A stretch of DNA of 58,587 nt, the filler included, from Sphacelaria rigidula (Eukaryota): the NCBI GenBank assembly GCA_964200075.2. It is 9 parts of 9 records of this genome, joined end to end, with 100 filler letters (N's around TTAATTAATTAA, not from the genome) between each part and the next. Parts side by side here need not be neighbours in the genome. Positions count along the whole stretch, not along the records: positions 32,607 to 39,027 come from CAXNAA020020177.1; positions 39,128 to 45,547 come from CAXNAA020020178.1; positions 45,648 to 52,067 come from CAXNAA020020179.1; 6 more parts are not named here. One strand, written 5' to 3'. The position numbers and the translations under genes were made by a program. The notes under the pieces are model-generated. The model was not told where the DNA came from, made no database searches, and was given only the letters and a program-made list of their open reading frames with translations. Below are positions 35,181-48,349 of the stretch, in pieces; the first letter of the stretch is position 1; each line of letters begins with the position of its first letter.

Positions 35181-38100
35181 TCAGCCCTCCGGGCGCGTAT
35201 CTTCGTTCCGAATCAACGGCCCATCATTGTACTGTCCCCCTTCCACCGCATCACGCCGCGATCCGTAACAGTACGACTCTATCATTTCCCGGCACTGCGG
35301 AACTTCTCTATGATGCTTCCAAACTCCTCTAGCTGGTGGGTGACCTTTCAACAAAAGGTGGTACTGGAAATTGGTCGGTGACGCGGTACCAACTCCGCGC
35401 TCGTGACCGTCACTGCCTTCGACGTTGTAGGGACCCAGCTTGACAGCATTGAGGAAACCTTCGAGGTCGGGGACGGGCAACTTCGTACCTGAAAACAAGT
35501 TATCGAGAGCTGAGAGATCAGGGACGGACGAATCGAGGGGCGGGTGGTATTGTTTCAACCTTCCGAGATGAACAGTGATTCGAGACATCTCACCATGTTT
35601 ACTGACACGGAAAAGAACGGGAAACAGCTGAGCACGGACAGTGTGAGGACCACGCCATCGGCTGACGAGCTTGTGGTTTGGTCCATCAGTTGTAGTGTAT
35701 GGACGGTGGAGCAAGACTTGCTCTCCCATTTAGAATTGGAGAAATGTCAACTTAGCATTGACGGATGCTTGTGAACCAGCTCGCTCTTTACGATTACGTC
35801 GGGCTAACTCATACGCGAGTTTCAACCGCTCGACGGTCTGCCTCGTATACTCCAACGATGACTGTGGAGCCGATGTCGACGGGACACCGAGAATGACATC
35901 TACTGTAACACTGCAAGGCGGCCAAACATGACAAAGTGCGGCGTTTTAGCAGCGTAGTAGAGCAGGCAGTATCATGTGCAAGTTGTACGAAAGGCAGAAG
36001 CTAATCAGCCCAATTGCGACGCGCAATATCCCTGTACATGAGCATGTTGTGGACAGTACTGTAAACACGCTCGAGGATAGAGTTGCCTGGGGACGGTAGG
36101 CAAATGTACGAGTTTACTTGTACCCAAAGAGGGATTGAAGTTATTTAACAAATTGTTCTTCAAACGCTTCGGTCGGTCTGAATGTGACGTTTCTGATCGA
36201 TCGAAGACAAATGACACGTGTGACTAGCTGACGGGCGACGGTAGTCGCGAGCTTTTCAGGCACGGCGATTAAAACGACAAACCGTGTTAGATGGTCGATA
36301 ACAGACATAATGTAACGGTTACCTCGATAGAGGGTTTTATACTCGATCAAGTCTACTGCTACACACTGAAATACGCGGATGACTTACCGATGTCCCATGG
36401 GGAGCTGAGGTGTGCGGCGAGACGTTTTACGGTGTTGACCATACTGACAATGATCAATACGACGTTGAACATTGGCATGGATAGAAGGCCACCAATAGCG
36501 GTCTCTAATCCGGTCAAAAGTGGCTTTGAAGGCCAAGTGACCACCTGACGCGTGTAAATCATGAAATGCGTTGATTACCAGCCCGAAATGTGGTGGGAAC
36601 TACTAACTGATCGCGACAATCCGATCGTTTACGCAGATTACCCGGTAGGTATGACCTGAAAAGCCGTCCTTCCAGAAGAAAGAAAAGCCGTCCTACCAGA
36701 AGAAAGAAATGACTCATTGTGTACTTGATTTCTTTACGTGGGAGTGGACTAGACTCTGGGTTACAATAGGTATGCAAAATACGGACTGTACTCTGCTTCC
36801 TGGTGGGCGGTGAACTGGTCGGGATCAGCAAGGGGAAATACTGACACAGCGCTCGCGAATAGGTCGCGATCACTTTCAACGGGGACGATATCATTCAGGT
36901 TGTGAGCTGAAACCTCAAACTCACGGGGTGACGGTGAATGATACGGTTGATCGTCGGGGATATTCCGACAAATTGCCGCAGGACGAGGTTTAGTGACAAC
37001 ATCCTCACCGTTTGTATCGCCAAACAAACGTGATAACACATTGGGTACGACATTTAATTTACCCGGGACATGCTTCACTGTAAAGTCAAAACTTTGCAGT
37101 TGAATCGACCAACGGGTCAGCATGATACTGGTGTCCTGCATCTGATAGAGATGACAGAGTGCTTGATGATCCGTGTAGACCGTAAAATGTTTACCCCATA
37201 AATACGGACGAAAATGCATGAGCGTGGAGACTACACCGCAACATTCTTTGTTTGTAGGGCTCTAGTGACGCTGAGACATGGAAAAGCGTCTACTAAAATA
37301 CGCGATGATACTAACATCATCGATGGACTGAGAGTTTGAGGTGGTGTTCCCAAGAAAACCACCCATAGCAACCTCTGAGGCGTCTGTGAGTACAACAAAC
37401 TCTTTTGTGAAATCCGGAAATTTCAAGACTGGTGCTCAAAAGCTGCAGACTGTTCAGGACCCCAAGCTTTCAAAAGCTTATGTTTCTTCTCACAACCTTT
37501 TTGTGTGAGAGCACACCTAGAACTGACCGAAGTTGATTGACTTCGGGGTTTCGAGATCGCAGATGGCTTTGATGCGGTCTTTACCGATGGAGACACCTTC
37601 GGCAGTAATGACGTGACCTAGGTACATGACTTCCTTGGGACCCAACTGAATTTTTGACGGTTTAACGGTCAGAACTGCTACTTTCGATGCAGAAAACATG
37701 AGACGAAGAGACTTGAGGTGTTCGTCAAATGTGTTTCCGATACACAAAATATCATCAATGTAACACAGTATACCAGAGTCTGGACCCAGATGTCCAAATA
37801 CAATAGACATCATACGTTGATACAACTAAGGGGCAGACATGACACCAAACGACATGCGTAAAAACACATATTTACCGGACGGGGTAGTGAGAGCTGTCTT
37901 GTCTACATCCGCAGCTGCGACCGGAAGTTGCCAGAAAACCGACATGGCGTCCGCGACCGTGATGGAACGAGCACCGCCGACGGCGTCCAAACACGTATTC
38001 ATGTTGGGCTAGGGCCAAGATTTGCGGATTAGATACTTGTTGAGGGTGTTACGATAATCCACGCAAAACCTTGGTGAGCCATCTTTTTTTGCGGAAGCGC

Positions 38101-38770
38101 TAGGGCGCTCTTCAATGATTTTCCATTCGAGCATCTTTGACACATTTCTCGATGGCTTCAGCTGTACGGGGGTTGGAACAATATGGTGGTTTGTCGATAG
38201 GTACAGTATTTTCCGGAACAGGAAAAGTGGCTTCCGCCACAGTGCAAGTACGATCCTCTTGCATAGACAGCGAAAATACTGGCCGGAATTCAGCGCACAA
38301 ATCACGGACACGATTCTACTGTTCTACTGTGAAGGTAGAATCATTGAAAGCAGAAGACAGGAGTTCTTGGAGATTATTCTTAGCTTTGTGCAACTCGACG
38401 GGAGTGGAGGGACTTTTGGCTACTGCATTCACGTGCAGTTGAGCGGGATCGACTACGGTGACAAGTGTACAGGGTACCAAGAACTAAGCCTATCGGTAAC
38501 GACACGGCTTCAGACGATGTGTTTGCAATTTGGACTACTACAGGACAAGAACTGACCAGTGAAACAAAGTACGTACAACTATCAACGACACAAAACGACG
38601 GAACGGCTTACTGTTGATATTTCATCCACCGTGACCAATCGAGGTTTAACAACGACGGTACAGGCACGGATAGGGCGACAGACTGTATACGTCAACAGGA
38701 GTGCCTCATGAAAAGGCTCGACAGTTACGCATTCTAGCAAGGTGACGAGATATTTGTGGAATATCAACGT
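35181..38770 (-). mobile_element. Degenerate Ty3/Gypsy pol (RT, RNase H, integrase)
   Basis: KDGSPRFCVDYR and YIDDI (RT); VLTDASEVAMGGFL and FRPYLWGKHFTVYTDHQAL (RNase H); FHDLHASGGHL..RDRYWWP..HCQYGQ (Zn finger); YIMSVIDHLTRFV (core); KLVSRWRGPH (GPY/F); many stops and frameshifts. Confidence 0.95.
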
Positions 38771-38824
38771 GTGCTGCTGCTACAGTAGACTTCTGCTTGA
38801 AGGCGGGACTGACTGTTGACTACG

Positions 38825-38900
38825 GTGTGTGTGTTGTGTTGTCCCATCTATTCTGGACGCTGGTCAATACCTTTCGGTACATGTGGGCGCACCAGCCGGG
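38825..38900 (-). mobile_element. SINE 3' fragment
   Basis: Reverse complement matches 23107-23190 and 8384-8463. Confidence 0.75.
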
Positions 38901-39027
38901 TAATCGAGTATACTCACACTCAATGTTGGATACACGCGGACAGGCCTGGATGAGTTGGAAATAGATATGGTGATTGGATTATGACATATGGGTGAAGGGC
39001 ATATAAGAGATACAGTTCTGTTATTAA

Positions 39028-39127
39028 NNNNNNNNNNNNNNNNNNNNNNNNNNNNNNNNNNNNNNNNNNNNTTAATTAATTAANNNNNNNNNNNNNNNNN
39101 NNNNNNNNNNNNNNNNNNNNNNNNNNN
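39028..39127. other. Artificial contig linker
   Basis: Same 100-bp linker. Confidence 0.99.
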
Positions 39128-39207
39128 CATGAATTTAGGCCAGGGAAAGCACGACTTTTGAGTTGAACCTCATTTTTATCTTCAACCCCATTTTCGAAAA
39201 TCGGCTG

Positions 39208-40165
39208 TTTATTGGTAAGGATGGATAACCCGAGCGACTTTGTGCGGTTGGAGCCCGCGGAGTCTTGTACGGCGGCGACGACGGTGAAGCATCTGTAGAC
39301 ATGGTGCAAAGCGCTGGGGCCGCAGGAGGGATGGGTCAGCGATACGGCATAGCAAAATGAGGATTGTTCGGTGGTAGTACCCGAGAAAGCGCTGGTGGAT
39401 CGCGGACTAGTGGTGGCCAACTCGCGGTTGTCACATCGTGAATGTGAGCGAATGATGCGTGACATTGTTCGTACCTTGAAGGTCGTAATGCAGGAAGACG
39501 CGGTGCTGATGCCTGGGTGGGTTTGGTACCTGCCGTGCAGTGGGCGTTGAGCACTGATTTTCGGGACAGCTGTGAGAGCTGTAGCTGTATCTGTGATGCA
39601 AGGAGCAACTGTATGAGTGGAAATGCTACTCTACGGTGTGGACGAGATTGTAGCCGGAGAGCTATTGTTTCTCAGGAGAAGCGCAGGGGAATACAAGGAA
39701 GGCATCACCTGAGGTGCTTGGTGTTGTGGTGAGCGCCGGGTTGGGTGATATTAAGGAGCAAATATTGGTGTAATTGCTTGTTGAGAATGCGGAAGCACAT
39801 TATAGTTTGTATACCTGAATCGTTTTGTGGACGATTGTAGGTGGTTGTGGTGTGGTTTCTGAATCTGTGTGTTGCGTTGCTCTGGTTGGCACGCATGATA
39901 CATGGTGGTCTCTGCAAAGAAGCTGCGGCGTGAAATGTTAGCATGCATGTGTGACTGATGTGCATGGTGTCTGGTGAAGAGTCAGCGTGGGGCAGTGTTC
40001 AATACACTGCTGTGTGCGAATGAAATAAAGCTCGTATATTCTTGTTCGCGCAAAAAGTGGAATCATCTTTGTGCGGTTCGCACATACTGACTGTAGGAGA
40101 TCTTGATTGATGCTGTGGGCGTGAAATGAGCGGAAACTACGGAATGCGTAGGCTCGTATGTGCGC
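39208..40165 (+). mobile_element. Second copy of the contig-3 Gypsy integrase and 3' region
   Basis: Colinear at DNA level with about 18367-19330 including the non-coding tail; extra stops. Confidence 0.92.
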
Positions 40166-41428
40166 AAAGAAAACGCGAGTGTTACTTGTGGTTGAAGATT
40201 TTTTATCTTCGGCTATGGAACGTCTGTTGATGGAATGTTTCATTCCCGTCTGGAAGGATTATATGGATGGAGTGTCCGTTTATCTAAGGAAGCGATGCAG
40301 GTGAGCTGCAAGTCTGTTGGGACATGAGCTTGGACTTTTTATCGCGGTTAATCGACCGATAGGATATAACGATCCTGAATCCAAGTTGGGGTATTCTATC
40401 TGGGTGCTTTCTGGGGTGTACTACTTGGTAAATCGAGTTTGAGAACGATATCACTACGGGTGATCAATGATGGCGGAGGTCGAGGTCCGTTTGTCGTTGT
40501 TGGATTGGTATACATGGCTTAAAAAGCGGTTTGAGTCATGGCTTTTTTTCAGTTTGCTCATGAGTTGAGTGGCGCAATGAAGTTGTAAAGCTTTCATGAA
40601 GAAGAGGTGTGCGATGCATACGTTTTCACTCAGTTAAACAAGCAAGAGACCAGCTGCGTTCCACGCGTGTTGGATACTTATTTGATTCTAGTCTCAGGTA
40701 TATTGCTTGGCTCTTGCACTCTATTGCGCAGGTGTTGAACGTACGAAAGAGCATTTTGTATCTTGAACGGTATCGCATGCGAGAGACATTGTCACGATAG
40801 CTTTAGCATTCGGAGTTCGTTGACGTTCGAGATTGTTTGCCGGTTTGGAGTCCGGAAACTTGTTTCAGGCATTGGTTTGAAAATTGGGCGTCAGCCGTCG
40901 CTCCGTGAGTCGGAGCGATGCAAGTAGCGTGATTGCGTTTATATGATGGACGTTTTGGATCTCTTGCGAGTTGTTCAGAAATTGGACAAGCTTGTATGGC
41001 TGTTATCACATACTGCGGTAGGGATTGTCATTCTATGTGAAAAATGACGGTAGACTTTGGCAACAATAATGTCTGAGTTTATCAAGCTCTAGGTTGACTA
41101 CTTGTTGGTAGAAAGCGAGCTTTGGGGGTGCTGTAGATTCCGGGTGACATTGTTACCTTGATTCGGTACATGACTGCCGTGGAGAAAATGCATAGCAGGC
41201 GTTTATAGGCTGGATGATGGACAAGGGGTCTGAGAGTATGATCGGTGGACTCCGAGATATATGATGTTTGCATACGAGGTGCGCAGGTCACTTCCGATAA
41301 CGAAGACTGCGTGTTTGTGAACAATAACTATATTGAATTCTCTAAGCCCTAGTGTGGGAGGAAGCCCTTGGAGCAGTCTTGTGACCTCGTTCTGAGTCCA
41401 GGAGGGGTCTATAGCACACACACACACA

Positions 41429-42846
41429 CACACGTGGACAGATAGCACGCTGTAGGACGTGCTGCACAGGGTTCTTCGCAGTCTTTGTGAAAACCCCTGT
41501 ACAGCATTTGCAAACCCTAGTACCTCTACTAGCATTTTGTGTAGTGTTTTTCTCGAGACCCTCTCAGCAACCCTGTGGAGAGGCACTCCCCACTTGAAAA
41601 TTCCAAACTATTTTTGTTACAGAATCTCTGAATTATTTTTGTAGAGAAGTTATTCGAAATCATTCTCTTTTCGCCCGTTTTCCAATTGGGCAATCGGGCA
41701 AGAAGATGAATCCTTTCGGACAGCAGATGAAGCTATTTGACATAGATTTTACATAGGCAAAAAAATGATCTATTTTGAACAGCTTCATCTGCTCCACGAA
41801 TCGGATACACACTGGAAGATTTGGAATATGTCACACCCTGAAGAATATATGGCCAATAGATGCAATAGACAAGAAGCGTACTGCATACAGTATAGGCCTA
41901 TTGCATCTATTGACCATATATTGTCCAAGATGTGGAATATATACACGAGAAGAAGCTCGAAATAAATCCTCACTTTGCCCGCTGATTCATCCGGAAATTG
42001 GGCAAAAAGAGAACTTATTGCGAACAGCCTCAACTGTGCATTTCCGCACACTGCACCATAATCGCAGCGGACGGGATCCGAGATACAGCAACGATTATTG
42101 AAAACAACTCATCCTCTTGCCCCCCAATTTGTACATCAATTGGGCTGAAGGACAGAATTCTCGACAACTTTTTTGTGCTGAATAAGAATCTCAAACACTT
42201 CTGACGAGTGTATGTCCACACGCCTGAGCTTAGATACGATACTTCGACTTCAGACGTGGGTGATACGGTGAAGAAGGTGTTTACCTCGCATATCTATGCA
42301 CACAGTTTATAAAAACCCCGTGGTCCAATGACTACCAAGACAAACCAAATGATGTTTAGAAAAAATCACTCAATTAATCATGCTTCTATTTATGGAGGTT
42401 TTTGATTGATCTTTATTAGAAGCACAAATGTATATCCCACGGCAACGACAAATAGGGTAGCTCAATGTACTTCTTGTCGTACTCACGAGCACAAAAGTGT
42501 GAGTTTAATACCTGCTGCTGCCATCTCCCGACCGTTTTTTCTGCCAGTACCATACCCATGCTCTATGGTGGAGTATATTGTATGTGCGCTATAAAAACTG
42601 TACAGCACAATAACAACAATGAACAGTACTCGGGGTGACGAAACCCTGTAAAGCGTACTGTGAGGCGCGAAAAGAAAACCTACAGCCAAATCCCCGCGAC
42701 AAACACCGCACAGTTTCCCTGAAACCCTGTGAAGCGTACTGTGTGGCGCAAAAAAACACCCTACAGCCAAATCCCCGCCACAAACACTGCACAGTTTTCC
42801 TGAACCCTGTAGACGTGCCCGACAGGGTGCTATCTGTCCACGTGTG
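41429..42846. mobile_element. Non-autonomous TIR element with CAC termini, CMC/EnSpm-like
   Basis: Perfect 20-bp TIR CACACGTGGACAGATAGCAC / GTGCTATCTGTCCACGTGTG, CA on both flanks, 81-bp subterminal tandem repeats at 42640-42810, AT-rich interior without an intact ORF. Confidence 0.75.
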
Positions 42847-43944
42847 CAGAGACCTGCATACAGATCAGGACTTCACATCTCAGTCTTCAAGCCAAGCCTA
42901 CAACATGCACAAAACAGATGTATTCCAGCATTTACGGACTCAATTGGCCCGCAGTGAGCGCATAACGGCTAAAGACCTGATATCTTAGCATGGGCAAAGA
43001 TACGTCAACACGAGCTCTCCTGCGTGCATTCGGGTATTCGCCGTTTCCAAAGAAACGCTTCCAAAATACCGTAATGAACAGCCTTGTTTTTCTAATCGTG
43101 CAAGCTCCGTCTAGGATCTCATACCCACCTGGAACACCTATCATCGGGGATATCATATATATCCATCTGAGGCATCTTTCTTGGGTATTACTATCCATGC
43201 AGGACGTCAATTTCCATCTGGGGTGTCCATTTGGCGTGTTCCTTTGGAATAATGTCAGATCCACCTGGGACGTCCATATTATCCCAGATGCAGTATATTC
43301 CTGATGGACGTCCACATCCCAGATGGAGATTGCATGATAGAGAGTTTTTGGAAACATTTTCCAAATCTGAGAGTTAGAGTGGAAGGAAAAATAGCCGGTA
43401 ACGGTGCACTTTCTGCTATGATTTATTTTCTAGAGCCATTTGTTCAGGGTGAGAGTCCCGTTTGCACCACTTCACTCTGAAAAACGTTGTTCCTCTTCAG
43501 ACTTTATAGCGGAATGAAAAAGCACTACACCCACCTTCACCACCATGGTGACGTCCAGTTCAAAGCCAATACGCACCCTAACAAGCAAAGTGGGACATTC
43601 ATCATCCATCAAAACTGCCATACTTGTCACAATGGGCCATTCACGAAGTAGGAGAGCTTGGCATCGCAATCAGAAGACCTTCCTGACGCTTCCATGGTAT
43701 CAGCAATCTACTTGGTTGTGTTGCGTGAAAATGCCCGACGGGTACACGTTGCGTTGGGTGCAATTCCTCATTCTTGCCAGCTTCAGCTGGAAGAAGACGG
43801 TGGGAACAATTTGTAGTCTACAGCGCACAAGCAGTACTACACCTGGCTTTATCTCCATCCCGTGAAATATCATGACGTCTTGTACCACCGTCACGGGTGG
43901 CATGTGGAAAAAGCATCGCAATGCGGCCGAGGTCTACTGTTTGA

Positions 43945-44215
43945 AAGTGCTGCGTACTATACTGTCTACACTACTGTTTGTACAACTGACTCTCTGTACG
44001 GTATCGCTGTACAGAATTGCACCGCATCGCACTGCACTGTTGTAGGGCTCTGTATAAATATTGCACTCTTTGTACTGCACTGTACTCCACGTTGCACAGC
44101 ACTACAGCACTACAGTGTCCTGTAGTGCGCCGTAGTGGATTGAAGTACTGCAGGTGCAGTGAAAAAGCGAAATGTATGGTTAGTACGATGCCGCAGTGTA
44201 CGGTACAGTCAGTGT
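43945..44215. repeat. Low-complexity CTGTA/GCACT-type repeat
   Basis: Degenerate pentamer units ACTGT, GCACT, TACAG. Confidence 0.6.
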
Positions 44216-45547
44216 TGTGTCAGCCTATGCACTTTCGAAGTGGACGCTGGTCGATCGTACATTTGGCGGGGCAAACTGCAGCCAATCACTACGACAAAAA
44301 CAAATCACGTCAAGCCCCGTCACATCAGCTTCCGCTATGAACTTGTTAACGTCCACTATGAAGTTTCGAAGCTTCCACTCTGCACTCTGACTCTATGATG
44401 AACAAAAACATCTTCCGAAACTCTCTCAGCATAAGATATTATCTCCGAAGATGGGGTGTAACATTCAAATGAATCTCAACTCCCAAAGAGCCTTCCCTGC
44501 CCTTCCTAGAGACATGAAAACTGACTTTCATATGAACGGCCTCATGCCCGCCGACAGTTTTCAAAACCTGTAGTTTTCTGTCAGCGTGACTTTTTTTGTG
44601 ATGCCAAGATGTAACGTTTTGGCTGGACCTTTTCGGAAACCGTTTTTTTTTCGCACAGCACCAGGGACTAAACACAGTCAAGGCGCGTACAGTACTGAAC
44701 GTTGTAGATGGAAAAAAGGAGTGGTGCTCGCGAACAGAGATGAGCTCTGCTCAACGATATTGATTCATCGAGTGATTGTCGCACAATCGACGACTGATCC
44801 GCGAGGGACGCGGCCATGGTCACAACAATAAGGTGGACGTACCCAAGGTAAACAAAACGGAAACACTCGCTAGAAGAGCAAGCGCGACACATGGAGAAGA
44901 CACCCGAAACAGATACAGAACGAATGTAATAAACGAGCAAGAACGACGAACAAGCACAGGGAGAGAAAACATAAGAGGAAGGGGAAGAGGAACGGGAACG
45001 GGAACGGGATTACGAGGACACACACATAATATGTATATAGCCGGCCCCGGTGAAAATAGTAAAAATGACGGGGGGCAAATAAAAATAAAAATAGAACAAT
45101 AAAAAAGGCACAAGAAATGGCCAGCCCCTGCACGACAGCGTCAGGTAGAAATGCCGTGCGAAACAGCGTCTGTGCACCAATTTTTGTTTGAGGTCAGTTC
45201 GAGAAGATGTTCCTTGATACGTGGCCGCGCCCGCGAAGAGGTATATGACAAGATGCAGCTGTTGTTGTGCTCCCGCCCGCGAAGCCCGGAAACGAACCCT
45301 CAGGGGACAAACGCCCTTGTCTGCTTTTGAAAATATTTCTGCCTCTTTCAAACGAGTGCTTTTCTATCTTTATTATTGGCCTAAGCATATTTACATATGT
45401 CGAAGTTATGGAAATATAACGCATAAAGTTGTCGCTTTCTGAGTCATGCTACGATAGGGGGGGGGGGGGTGTACCAATGAACCAGCATTTCAAAGGCAAC
45501 AGACCCTTAACCCCGGACCCCCAAAAAACAAGGGCGAGAGACACGAA

Positions 45548-45647
45548 NNNNNNNNNNNNNNNNNNNNNNNNNNNNNNNNNNNNNNNNNNNNTTAATTAAT
45601 TAANNNNNNNNNNNNNNNNNNNNNNNNNNNNNNNNNNNNNNNNNNNN
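45548..45647. other. Artificial contig linker
   Basis: Same 100-bp linker. Confidence 0.99.
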
Positions 45648-45688
45648 GGGCGTGGGGGGGGCGGTTGGTGGGGGGGGGGGGGGGGTGT

Positions 45689-45724
<36 letters not shown>

Positions 45725-45760
45725 TCATGATCATTCATGCCGTAGTCATTAGATCATTGT
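45648..45760 (+). repeat. Family A head with very long G-run at contig start
   Basis: About 70 nt G-rich then GCACTCATGATCATTCATGCCGTAGTCATTAGATCATTG. Confidence 0.85.
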
Positions 45761-46194
45761 GCGGGGAGATGGAACTATGGTGAAGAAAATGAAAGTTGTG
45801 ATGCGCACACGTGTGTGAGGGATGGAAGTCGCTTTCATGATGATCAGAGAGCTTTTTTCGACACATGCATGAACATCGCAAACGATCTCGACACATGAAA
45901 CTCGTGGATTAGGACACCTCGTCAAGCATCACACGCAAACACACTCATGTATGTACACACAGGTCGCCACCCCCCAAAAGGTGTACAACCAACCGCATGA
46001 AATATTGATGGGAAAAGGCCAGCATTTTGTGGGGATAGGGCAGTGGTCGAGATATGATCAAATTCAGTTTTGTTTGATGGTTATACCTTGTACACCGTCG
46101 CTATTGCCTGTGGTTCCTGGAAAGGTTTCGTCTGTACCGTAAGGGACGCGGGCGATGCACGGGAGAATAGTTCACCACTTGGTAGGCACGGAAC

Positions 46195-46422
46195 TTTTTC
46201 GGAAAATCATGGTTTCGAATGACTTTAACCCTGACCCTGACCCTGACCCCAACGAAAGCATATTGAGAACCCTCGGGGAAGGGGGGTGCGAAATGTTCGC
46301 TACGCAGAGTGTGCGCTGCCTGACCTCAAATCGGCAGGAGTCGGCAGGTGCCGATACAAACGACAACGCGTTTTGCGCACGCTAGGGGCACAGCCCCCAT
46401 TAGAGATCCGGATTTTGGTGTC
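46195..46422 (-). repeat. Second copy of the telomere-like-unit repeat
   Basis: AACCCTGACCCTGACCCTGACCCC; colinear with 26455-26692. Confidence 0.75.
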
Positions 46423-46747
46423 CGCACAAGAGCCACGTCGGAAAGTACGCCATGCTCACCAAGTGGTGAACTCACTGATGCATTGAGTGCGCCCACTTCG
46501 GAGTGCATGTGAAAACTGGTGTTGAGACCATCGAAAGTCGGTCGTGGCCACCGGGATCATTCCACACCCTGGACAACGTTAATATGTAGTCAACAATTGC
46601 TATAGAAGATAATGTACTGCGTAAAGTATAGGTCCATTGCAACTGTTGTCGGACCAGTCCGTTTTTCGTCAACTTGCCTCAGATATTGATTCTTTACTAC
46701 CGAGCGTATACCCCACATTGCACGCGCTGCTGGTCCAAAGTTAGATA

Positions 46748-47107
46748 CCCCCCCCCCTCCCGTCCCATCCAATCCGTAGTGTTTGAATGGTGAAACGCCC
46801 ATGAGGCAGTGTGTAAGCTATGGCTGTTTTTGAAAGTGGCGATACCAGAAAATAAAGCAACTTACTGTAGGGTGTCATCCAAGTGTCATATAATAGCTAG
46901 GTGTCGGGCCGAACAATCTCAGCAGGATGCAGCTCACCCCTCATGCGATTCGCCGAACACATCATGGCGGTTCGCGCTTGGCGATTGAGTGAAAGCCTGG
47001 TCCGGCGACAACCCGGCGTGCACTGTCTCGGCCTTGTAGGGATGCGAGATCAATGGTCTTATGACTACGGCATGCATGACCATGAGTGCGCCCCCCCACT
47101 CCCCCCC
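46748..47107 (-). repeat. Family A copy with G-runs at both ends
   Basis: C-runs at 46748-46757 and 47091-47107 on +; interior matches 1340-1606 in reverse. Confidence 0.88.
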
Positions 47108-47539
47108 TCTTTTTTGAGAAAATGGATGTAGTTGCAGATGAGAGTCATGACCTCTCATTATCAGACGGGGTAAAGTCTCTGTGGCGCAGGCTGTTTTTGA
47201 CGTCACTTCCCTCCCCTCCATCCTCATCCCTTTTTTGTTACTCCCTTCTCATGGACCTGTCACTCCTCTTTTTTGTTCGTGCGTTATTTCGTGGTTCTGA
47301 ACGAGCAGGGCTTTCCTTGAAGAGCAAGGCGTACCTCTTTCTGCCGTCCCCGCTATCGTAATGCCGTTATTCCGCCAGACGCCCAACAACATGGGAACCG
47401 CATGGCTGGTCGTAAATGAGGTGAGCTGGGTATTTCTTCCTCTCCAGCCCAACTGCTACGGTTGGTTGGCACGAGTGGGGTGGAGGTTTTTCGTGGAGTC
47501 TTTGTGCTAACCAACCAAGAATGTCTTCTTATCCTTGCA

Positions 47540-47734
47540 GGGCGTGTCGTAGCGCACCATTTTTCGATCGAAAATGAGCGGTGGAAATGGAGAACTCCAA
47601 TGTGACGGGTCGTGGCGTCGTAATTTTAGTCATCGTTGTTTATTCTCGAGATGATAGACGGTTGAAATCACGACCTATTAGATCGGAATATTAGTAATAA
47701 ACCGCACTTTCTCGATCGAAGAATTATGTGCTGA
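47540..47734. mobile_element. Foldback MITE P2, second copy, right end interrupted by P1
   Basis: TTTTTCGATCGAAAATGAGCGGTGGAAA ... ACCGCACTTTCTCGATCGAA. Confidence 0.75.
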
Positions 47735-48211
47735 GGCCAACTCCAAGGGGAGCCGTTCAAAATTCCTGTCGAGAACTGCCTTTTGGGCCCTTCTCCGTCG
47801 ATTTACCGCCGAAAAGAAGGCTAGGCGGATGTTGACGCGTTGGAATGACTTGTTCTACTCTTTGAGACCGTTCTAGAGCAACTCTGCATCTCCCGCTGAC
47901 CGCACTTTTGTTTTTGGCCAAATCAGGCCAAACACTGATTTTCAGTGAAATACGGTCAGGTCATCGAATTTTCCCCGTCTGCTTTTTGATCGCTTGACCG
48001 TTTTTGATTTAAAACCGTGTTCTGCCAAGAATAAAAGTGCGCCCAGCGGGAAAGGCAAAATTTTCCTAGAACGGTTTCAACGAGTAGAGCAAGTCAGTCA
48101 TCCCAAGGCGTCAACATCCGCCTGGACCTCTTTTCAGGAGTAAAACGACAGAGTTGAGCCAAAAAGGCAGTTTTGATCAGGAATTTCGAACGGCTCTCAA
48201 TGGAGTGAGTC
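47735..48211. mobile_element. Foldback MITE P1, second copy
   Basis: GGCCAACTCCAAGGGGAGCCGTTCAAAATTCC ... GGAATTTCGAACGGCTCTCAATGGAGT; colinear with 23607-24076. Confidence 0.85.
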
Positions 48212-48349
48212 AATGGAAGAAACGGCTGTATTCTCGACAAAATGGTGGAAAGATTTGAAACCTTGAATATTTTGTACGTTGAGGAAGAAACGTCCTCGGT
48301 GAAAAAGACTATTCCTCGACGGACACTTGCGGGAACCTTCACCTCCTAA

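Noticed and set aside
42640..42810. CRISPR-like array
   Set aside because: Whole 81-bp units repeat with no unique spacers; subterminal repeats of a TIR element in eukaryotic DNA
42932..43921. Minus-strand ORF fragments as a gene
   Set aside because: No recognisable motif or consistent splice sites
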